Shown: positions 54,939 through 64,000 of the stretch, piece by piece | Layout of the letters: each line of letters opens with the position of its first letter | Position numbering within the stretch: position 1 is the first letter of the stretch | NCBI RefSeq assembly: GCF_037042905.1 | Contig: NC_087246.1 | Coordinates: 186,001 to 250,000, forward strand | Source of the DNA: Lytechinus pictus | Taxonomy: Eukaryota | Direction: 5' to 3' | Length of the DNA: 64,000 nt | Made by a program: the position numbers and the translations under genes | The notes under the pieces: generated by a model | Database searches by the model: none | Told to the model about the DNA's origin: nothing | What the model saw: only the letters and a program-made list of their open reading frames with translations

Positions 54939-55351
54939 CTATAATCAAGAGATATAAGTGTGCGTAACAGCTGCTGTAGAGACTTCTGATAAAGTGTTAC
55001 GCGCTTTATAAGGAAGTATAATTATTATAATAATTCAAACACCTTACTTTCAATAACTCAATTCATTTATTTTCATTTCCACTCAAAGAAATTAATAAGG
55101 ATAGCACATAACAAAGAAAAAAATAAAATGCTTACTTTTTTCTAGTACACTTCATAAACGGTGAACACAAAATAACAAACTGCATATTCCCTTTTTCCAC
55201 ATGATACACAAGTGATGAGTGCACCATAGAATTCCCTTCATAACCAAATAATATGGCTTATTAGCTGGAATACATAACTATGTACTCAATATCAATTATC
55301 CCATTCACGGCAAAACATGATATTCTGAAATTTAATACAAAAAGAACTCAC

Positions 55352-55407
55352 CATTAGCAGGGATGATTTCCATGTCTTGAACAATGTCTTCATATGTCTT
55401 GTTATTA
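55352..55407 (-). CDS. NAA25: NAA25 exon (NNKTYEDIVQDMEIIPAN)
   Basis: cag|...|gtgagt; 56 nt, phase 2-1, bridges flanking exons in frame. Confidence 0.8.
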
Positions 55408-56098
55408 CTGCAGTATCAGAATAATTGTTAACGATGGGTTTTATTTACAACACCACATATGCCACTGTAATATCAACACATCAAATAACACACTTTTACA
55501 GCCCCTGTAGTCAGTTGAAATATTGTCTGAGAACAACCGTCTGTAATACATAGTGGAAATTCTAGGGTATTAAAACGGTTTATTTTCATTTGGTCCAATG
55601 CCAATTCGTCCAATTGCCAACTTGTCTACTATCATTTGGTCTACCATCAGTTCATCCAATATCCAAATTGTCTAATTGCCATTTCATCCACTCACCATTT
55701 CATCTAATAACCAGTTGGTCCAATAGCCATTTAGTCTATATACCAATTGGTATGATTAGACTAAGTGTTAATTGGGCAAAATGAATGAATATAAAATGAA
55801 TATTAGACAAACTGGTTATGAAACGATGTATGGTCACAGACGAACTGGTGATTGGACCAAGTGATGATTGGACCAAATAGTTGGTAGACGAAATGTTGAT
55901 GGACAGAATGGCATTAGACTAAATGAAGGTAGACCATGTGATGAGTAGACAAGCTGGCAGTGGATTGGCAATTTATTATTAAAACTGGTCATCCAAGGCA
56001 ATCGCCTTCAGCACATTGAGTTACCACAAGCTCATTGATCAATTTTCAAAAGAAAAAATATTTAGAAATCCTCTTAGAAATTCTCCTTTGGTACTCAC

Positions 56099-56250
56099 TT
56101 CTCAGAATCTAGCATTAAATCTAATAACATCTTCTCCACTGTGGTCTGAGCAAAGTGCACTGAATGCTTTACTCTCTTCCTGAAAGACACAAACTCAGGG
56201 ATCTTGTGAAATGATCCAAACTTGTATGCAGCAATGATGTGTTCTGTAGT
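56099..56250 (-). CDS. NAA25: NAA25 exon (TTEHIIAAYKFGSFHKIPEFVSFRKRVKHSVHFAQTTVEKMLLDLMLDSE)
   Basis: tag|...|gtgagt; AYKxGxFxKIPEF motif; 152 nt. Confidence 0.95.
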
Positions 56251-56763
56251 CTATAAGAAAACAAAAAAATTGACACATTTACAACTTCTTTCATTTTTAC
56301 CATCATGATTCATTTCTTCAAACTAATTCTGGCAGAAACGTTTGTTACAGATATCGTTACAAATGACAGGGGGACAAAATAAACCCTAATTTCCCGGCAA
56401 TAAAGGGATAAGCCACTTATTCTTACGTTTAAAAAATATTTGCTCCTGTTCTATTTTGTCTTCAGCTCAACCTTGCATTAGCTCTTGATAAGTGTAGTTC
56501 AAAATATTTATTCTACTATTTTTAGAGTTTGCAGTACCAAATAGCTATTTAGTTAATTGTACAACAATGATATATGCATGTTTATAATGCAGTTGTTAAT
56601 GACATGTGTTTATGCTGCTATTGGAATCTGCAATCACGAATTCAACTCCTTTTTTTCTTTTTTATTCATTTTCAACGAGGTAGCCCGATCAGTAATGAGA
56701 CACTGTTTAACATGGGGGCCTTGAATAACACCAAAACACAAAGTAATACAAACATTTAACTAG

Positions 56764-57710
56764 AACAAGTGGAATGCCTCTGGCCGTCTCACCTGCATCA
56801 CGCGATTCAATATAGCAGCAGTGCTGATTTTGAAAACTACTATAACTCGCACAAGATGTTCAGTGATACTTGGTTACTCTTATTTCCACGTTTTATGAAC
56901 TAGACCAATACACTTATAGAGATATGATGGCAATTCAAAAAATACCCCCAACGTGGCCAAAGTTCTTTGACCTTACATGACCTTTGACCTTGATCATGTG
57001 ACCTGAAACTCGCACAGGATGTTCAGTGATACTTGATTACTATTATGTCCAAGTTTTATGAACTAGACCAACACACTTTCAAATTTATGGCTGTAATTCA
57101 ACAAATACCCCAATTTGGCCAAAGTTCATTGACCCTAAATGACCTTTGAACTTGATCATGTGACCTGAAACTTGCACAGGATGTTCAGTAATACTTGATT
57201 ACTATTATGTCCAAGTTTCATGAATCAGATCCATAAACTTTCAAAGTTATGATGGTAATTCAACAGATACCCCCAATTCGGCCAAAGTTCATTGACCCTA
57301 AATGACCTTTGACCTTGGTCATGTGACGTGAAACTCATGCAGGATGTTCAGTGATACTTGATTAACCTTATGTATAAGTTTCATGAACTAGGTCCATATA
57401 TTTTCTAAGTTATGATGACATTTCAAAAACTTAACCTTAGGTTAAGATTTTGATGTTGATTCCCCCAACATGGTCTAAGTTCATTGACCCTAAATGACCT
57501 TTGACCTTAGTCATGTGACATGAAACTCAGGCAGGATGTTCAGTAATACTTGATTAACCTTATGGCCAAGTTTCATGAACTAGGTCCATATACTTTCTAA
57601 GTTATGCTGTCATTTCAAAAACTTAACCTCAGGTTAAGATTTGGTGTTGACGCCGCCGTCGCCGTCGGAAAAGCGGCGCCTATAGTCTCACTCTGCTATG
57701 CAGGTGAGAC
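56764..57710 (-). mobile_element. HINE-like element, copy 2 (near-identical to 50481-51433)
   Basis: Direct visual alignment shows only a handful of differences over ~950 bp. Confidence 0.8.
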
Positions 57711-57827
57711 AAAAATAAACAGAAGGCACTTAAATGTAAAATTAAAAAAAATCAATTGGAAGATCAGCTAGTTAAACTTATTAGAAATCATATATATACA
57801 AATTTTGAACAACAAATACCTGCTTAC

Positions 57828-57927
57828 ATCTTTATGATTTGAAGTGAAGAACCTTAGAGTTGAATTGTAGAGTGAGTTAGCAGATGAATAGTGACCAAGT
57901 GACTTCACAAACCTAGCTGCATTATAG
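57828..57927 (-). CDS. NAA25: NAA25 exon (YNAARFVKSLGHYSSANSLYNSTLRFFTSNHKD)
   Basis: tag|...|gtaagc; 100 nt, phase 2-0; LRFFxSNxKD motif. Confidence 0.93.
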
Positions 57928-58114
57928 CTAAAAAACAAAGAGGAAAACAAAATCATTTTAAGTTCTTGTAAATGGTCGTTGTTGTCAATGATATTTGAGT
58001 ATCCTCTGACATTCCCATGTTACAAATATTAGACACTTACAGGCAAAAAATGTAACCTAGTTTTAAGACAATTCAATGCTATGTAATAGTATACAAATAA
58101 CCTGCAGTTCTGAG

Positions 58115-58940
58115 TAAGGCTGGGACTAAAACCCGGGTACCCAGGTCCCGCCCGGAAGCCTCGGGTACCCGGGTAGACAAATCAATACCCGATACCCGAA
58201 AATTGCTCACCAGTATAACGTACATGTATTTGATTTGCATTGCGTAGTGTAAGACATGATTGTAACTCATCACAAAAATTACACAAGTCTCATTTTGAAT
58301 CTCACCAATTACCCTCGAAATATCCATAAATATACAAGTTTTTCAAGTGAATGATGTGACTGAGATTATTCAATCATCGCCATGTTTCTTTTGCAGCGCC
58401 AGCCAATCACGTTCGTGTTACCATTTTCAGTTCATCATAAACCAAAAATGGTAACACGATCGTGATTGGCTGGCTCATCCGACGCTCCGAAATCTGGAAA
58501 TCAATTGACTTTGTGCACGTAGCGATAGATTCTACAAACTCAAGAACACGATGTAATATCGACTCTACTTCGTAAGATTTTGACGGAGAAGCAAGAAGTA
58601 ATCAAAATTTGCTTATCTGTGTGGTATCGGTGGGAAAACAGATCCTCCGAGAATACCTTTCATAATTCATATAAAATATAGGAAAGTGGAATTCTAGGTC
58701 GATTTTGGTACGAGGTGACAGAGTATTAGACTTGTTTCGATGGAATACTGCGCATGGGGCATGCACGGGAGGCTTGCACTGCTTACTATATTTTCATTCA
58801 TAAATTGGCTTGCAGCGCAGTGGCTGGATGACGTCACCTATGGGGTTTTTCCACCAGTCAAATTTCATGCGACATGATTTTCTGGTACCTGTGGTAATTT
58901 TCGGGCGGGAAGACAAAAATACCCGAAAGTCCCAGGCCTA
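58115..58940. mobile_element. hAT-type MITE with 8-bp TSD
   Basis: TAAGGCTGGGACT...AGTCCCAGGCCTA ends; TSD GTTCTGAG at 58107-58114 and 58941-58948; subterminal ACCCG repeats. Confidence 0.85.
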
Positions 58941-59969
58941 GTTCTGAGTGTATTGTTTCAAATAAATGCAGAAAACAAGCAATTGTTTGAAGCAATGACA
59001 CACATCAGAGTAGCTTTGGACAATTCTAGAGTTAAATATGGATCCTTGTCATTTCATAAACCAATTAATGTATAGTTCTAGATAGATCTAAACCTAGATC
59101 GACCATATAAACATAAGTTCATTTGTTTTTTTTGTTTGTGTGTGTTTTCTACTCACCAGCGGCATTTATACTGTGTCACCCAAAACAGGATAACAAATAA
59201 ATCCATAATATCTATCAATAAAGCTTTGATTAGTAACATAATCACAAGCCTTTCCAAGAACAAACTCCAAGGCAGTCACAATCACAATAAGTTATATTCT
59301 GAATATTCCAAATAAAACTGGAAATCACCTCCTAGCAAGAGATGTTGTTACATAGCATAAACCCAGATCTACTGACACAATGATTGAGCATGAAATCAAA
59401 ATGAGTCAAATTAGCTGGTTAGCTATGTATCAGACCCTGCACATCCAGGAACAAGAGATACACACATGTATGCGTGCTGCTTCAATCGCTACATGCTACT
59501 CAACTTAGTTTAATTGTTACATTGAAGCACACATCCAAGCAAATCAACTTTCCTAATTAACTGCTTGCTTGGAAAAAATGCAAGGTTGATATAACAGTAG
59601 AATGATACACGGCAAATTATCTGCTTTCAATCAATAATTTGATTAGGACACATATATCCATTTTATAAAAGTGCTTTTATATCAAAAAGATAAAATCGCT
59701 AAGAGATTTAATCGCACATGAATTGCAAAATTCATCCTATACAACACATTTGCATTTCATATCCTCTACGCCAGAACAGTTTTGAGGGATATATATATTC
59801 ATATAATCAAGTGATGATTGGAATAGTAATAGTCATATTTGATAGGATATCACTTTGTAAACAGTCATTGCAGTCATAGAAATTGTCATATACTTTTTAT
59901 GTTATCTACTAAATTACACTGATATCTATTGGCAATCTACTCCTTAAACAGACATAGAGAAATTATCCA

Positions 59970-62853
59970 CTGAATCACATAGATTCTGATAAGGTCTTAC
60001 CCTAGGGTGTCTTGTTGTATGTGTTTGATATCTAAACTGAATCACATAGATTCTGATTAGGTCTTACCCTAGGGTGTCTTGTTGTATGTGTTTGATATCT
60101 AAACTGAATCACATAGATTCTGATAAGGTCTTACCCTAGGGTGTCTTGTTGTATGTGTTTGATATCTAAACTGAATCACATAGATTCTGATAAGGTCTTA
60201 CCCTAGGGTGTCTTGTTGTATGTGTTTGATATCTAAACTGAATCACATAGATTCTGATAAGGTCTTACCCTAGGGTGTCTTGTTGTATGTGTTTGATATC
60301 TAAACTGAATCACATAGATTCTGATAAGGTCTTACCCTAGGGTGTCTTGTTGTATGTGTTTGATATCTAAACTGAATCACATAGATTCTGATAAGGTCTT
60401 ACCCTAGGGTGTCTTGTTGTATGTGTTTGATATCTAAACTGAATCACATAGATTCTGATAAGGTCTTACCCTAGGGTGTCTTGTTGTATGTGTTTGATAT
60501 CTAAACTGAATCACATAGATTCTGATAAGGTCTTACCCTAGGGTGTCTTGTTGTATGTGTTTGATATCTAAACTGAATCACATAGATTCTGATAAGGTCT
60601 TACCCTAGGGTGTCTTGTTGTATGTGTTTGATATCTAAACTGAATCACATAGATTCTGATAAGGTCTTACCCTAGGGTGTCTTGTTGTATGTGTTTGATA
60701 TCTAAACTGAATCACATAGATTCTGATAAGGTCTTACCCTAGGGTGTCTTGTTGTATGTGTTTGATATCTAAACTGAATCACATAGATTCTGATAAGGTC
60801 TTACCCTAGGGTGTCTTGTTGTATGTGTTTGATATCTAAACTGAATCACATAGATTCTGATAAGGTCTTACCCTAGGGTGTCTTGTTGTATGTGTTTGAT
60901 ATCTAAACTGAATCACATAGATTCTGATAAGGTCTTACCCTAGGGTGTCTTGTTGTATGTGTTTGATATCTAAACTGAATCACATAGATTCTGATAAGGT
61001 CTTACCCTAGGGTGTCTTGTTGTATGTGTTTGATATCTAAACTGAATCACATAGATTCTGATAAGGTCTTACCCTAGGGTGTCTTGTTGTATGTGTTTGA
61101 TATCTAAACTGAATCACATAGATTCTGATAAGGTCTTACCCTAGGGTGTCTTGTTGTATGTCTTTGATATCTAAACTGAATCACATAGATTCTGATAAGG
61201 TCTTACCCTAGGGTGTCTTGTTGTATGTGTTTGATATCTAAACTGAATCACATAGATTCTGATAAGGTCTTACCCTAGGGTGTCTTGTTGTATGTGTTTG
61301 ATATCTAAACTGAATCACATAGATTCTGATTAGGTCTTACCCTAGGGTGTCTTGCTGTATGTGTTTGATATCTAAACTGAATCACATAGATTCTGATTAG
61401 GTCTTACCCTAGGGTGTCTTGTTGTATGTGTTTGATATCTAAACTGAATCACATAGATTCTGATAAGGTCTTACCCTAGGGTGTCTTGTTGTATGTGTTT
61501 GATATCTAAACTGAATCACATAGATTCTGATAAGGTCTTACCCTAGGGTGTCTTGTTGTATGTGTTTGATATCTAAACTGAATCACATAGATTCTGATTA
61601 GGTCTTACCCTAGGGTGTCTTGTTGTATGTGTTTGATATCTAAACTGAATCACATAGATTCTGATAAGGTCTTACCCTAGGGTGTCTTGTTGTATGTGTT
61701 TGATATCTAAACTGAATCACATAGATTCTGATAAGGTCTTACCCTAGGGTGTCTTGTTGTATATGTTTGATATCTAAACTGAATCACATAGATTCTGATA
61801 AGGTCTTACCCTAGGGTGTCTTGTTGTATGTGTTTGATATCTAAACTGAATCACATAGATTCTGATTAGGTCTTACCCTAGGGTGTCTTGTTGTATGTGT
61901 TTGATATCTAAACTGAATCACATAGATTCTGATAAGGTCTTACCCTAGGGTGTCTTGTTGTATGTGTTTGATATCTAAACTGAATCACATAGATTCTGAT
62001 TAGGTCTTACCCTAGGGTGTCTTGTTGTATGTGTTTGATATCTAAACTGAATCACATAGATTCTGATAAGGTCTTACCCTAGGGTGTCTTGTTGTATGTG
62101 TTTGATATCTAAACTGAATCACATAGATTCTGATAAGGTCTTACCCTAGGGTGTCTTGTTGTATATGTTTGATATCTAAACTGAATCACATAGATTCTGA
62201 TAAGGTCTTACCCTAGGGTGTCTTGTTGTATGTGTTTGATATCTAAACTGAATCACATAGATTCTGATTAGGTCTTACCCTAGGGTGTCTTGTTGTATGT
62301 GTTTGATATCTAAACTGAATCACATAGATTCTGATTAGGTCTTACCCTAGGGTGTCTTGTTGTATGTGTTTGATATCTAAACTGAATCACATAGATTCTG
62401 ATTAGGTCTTACCCTAGGGTGTCTTGTTGTATGTGTTTGATATCTAAACTGAATCACATAGATTCTGATAAGGTCTTACCCTAGGGTGTCTTGTTGTATG
62501 TGTTTGATATCTAAACTGAATCACATAGATTCTGATTAGGTCTTACCCTAGGGTGTCTTGTTGTATGTGTTTGATATCTAAACTGAATCACATAGATTCT
62601 GATAAGGTCTTACCCTAGGGTGTCTTGTTGTATGTGTTTGATATCTAAACTGAATCACATAGATTCTGATTAGGTCTTACCCTAGGGTGTCTTGTTGTAT
62701 GTGTTTGATATCTAAACTGAATCACATAGATTCTGATAAGGTCTTACCCTAGGGTGTCTTGTTGTATGTGTTTGATATCTAAACTGAATCACATAGATTC
62801 TGATAAGGTCTTACCCTAGGGTGTCTTGTTGTATGTGTTTGATATCTAAACTG
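59970..62853. repeat. 67-bp tandem array, 43 near-identical copies, derived from an NAA25 exon/intron junction
   Basis: Unit CTGAATCACATAGATTCTGAT(A/T)AGGTCTTACCCTAGGGTGTCTTGTTGTATGTGTTTGATATCTAAA; (62851-59970)/67 = 43. Confidence 0.98.
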
Positions 62854-62884
62854 GTGAAAAGCTCTGGGATGGGTCCAAACACAC
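62815..62884 (-). CDS. NAA25: NAA25 exon (VFGPIPELFTSLDIKHIQQDTLG)
   Basis: ttttgtcag|...|gtaaga; 70 nt; LDxKHIQxDTxG is the conserved NAA25/MDM20 motif. Its 3' half is the satellite unit. Confidence 0.93.
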
Positions 62885-63432
62885 CTGACAAAAATAAGAG
62901 AGAGAAAAAACATGAAAATCACTTTCTTATGAGCTGGCTTCAATCCTAGCTCTATTGCATTACCTCTTCAAATAAGTTTAGCCAACCTACTTTTTTTCTT
63001 TTCTTCATGGAGTAGCAGCACATATGTATTGAAATTTGACTTGGCTATCTTTAGCAAAACCAGTGTAGAAGTTGACCTACCCTTCCTGGGTCAAACTGCA
63101 CATGCTCAAAGTGAGGGAGAAATGGTGATTGTAGAGAGTCAATTAAACCCTGATTCTACAGTTACCATCATTTATGTAGGTGTTTTTAATTTAATCTAGT
63201 TAATGTCTCTTAAACAGAGCCTTGTAGTACCACAAGCACTGTAAGGTGAGACTGTGTGCTGTATAAATGTAAGTAGCCATTATTATTATAATATTTTAAT
63301 TACTATCATTATATTCATCATGAATGTGATCAGCTCATTCATTACACATTCATCTTTACATCAGAAAAATATCAATAAAGTTAGTTTCCATATATCTTTA
63401 GTTGTAATGGAATCATAACTGTCTTTACTTAC

Positions 63433-63543
63433 TCGCCAGACAGTAAAGTCTCATGAGTAAAAGTTTCATCTGACTGTTATTTTTGCTGTTTCTGATTCCC
63501 ATTTCTAGCATCATAATCATTTTCCATAAATGCCTGTCATCAT
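63433..63543 (-). CDS. NAA25: NatB auxiliary subunit exon (DDRHLWKMIMMLEMGIRNSKNNSQMKLLLMRLYCLA)
   Basis: cag|...|gtaagt; 111 nt, phase 1-1; resembles the recalled NAA25 segment LEEGL..SPSNAQFKLLLVRIYC. Confidence 0.9.
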
Positions 63544-64000
63544 CTGAAAAAACAAAATATCAAACATTGACTATTCAACATTCCATTCTAACTCACAGAA
63601 AAGCACTAATAGAGAATTCAAATACCAATATTATTCCTCCTGCAAATAATTAATGCTTTGCTTTTAAGAAATATGAAAATAATATTACATATATCTACGT
63701 GGAATATAATTATACAAGAGATCATTGCAACTTTCAAATAAACCATACAGCTGAAAATTAAAAAAATAATAATTCTTGAGAAACATTAGTTGAGGAGAAA
63801 AAGTGCAATGGATGGTTGTCTATTCAGTTTCAATGATAAATCATAACCCATTCATTGTGGATGTTCCATGGTTAAAACTCAATCTTGACCATATATTGTG
63901 TAAATGAAAATGTATGAAATGACATATTCTCAAAATCAAGAAAATTATTTTTTTATAATACCTTCAGTGTATTATTGTACAAAAAAATAAAGATGAAACA

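Noticed and set aside
59151..59350. Possible extra NAA25 exon ending at the minus-strand GTGAGT near 59151-59156
   Set aside because: The flanking exons already join in frame and match the known protein contiguously; no good acceptor or open frame identified.
59970..62853. CRISPR-like array
   Set aside because: No variable spacers; units are contiguous and identical; eukaryotic intron context with no cas genes.

Overview
AT-rich, intron- and transposon-rich animal genomic DNA. The repeat families resemble those of marine deuterostomes such as sea urchins; this is an inference, not a search result. Two convergent spliced genes were reconstructed by hand: PTRH2/Pth2 (peptidyl-tRNA hydrolase 2; + strand, 4 coding exons at 17591-30185, 5' end unresolved) and the last 13 coding exons of NAA25/MDM20 (NatB auxiliary subunit; - strand, 39409-63543, continuing beyond the window). 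The rest is nested mobile DNA: two Penelope-like retroelements, each with a minimal hammerhead-ribozyme motif (one 5'-inverted with a 12-bp TSD, one lacking its GIY-YIG region), Rex1-like and CR1/L2-like LINE relics, tRNA-derived SINEs, Helentron-associated (HINE-like) elements and many MITEs. The most unusual structure is a near-perfect 67-bp x 43 tandem array (59970-62853). Its unit is the last 36 nt of an NAA25 exon plus the first 31 nt of the following intron, giving 43 tandem donor sites and 42 AG/GT-flanked, frame-preserving pseudo-exons. Most short ORFs in the track are spurious.
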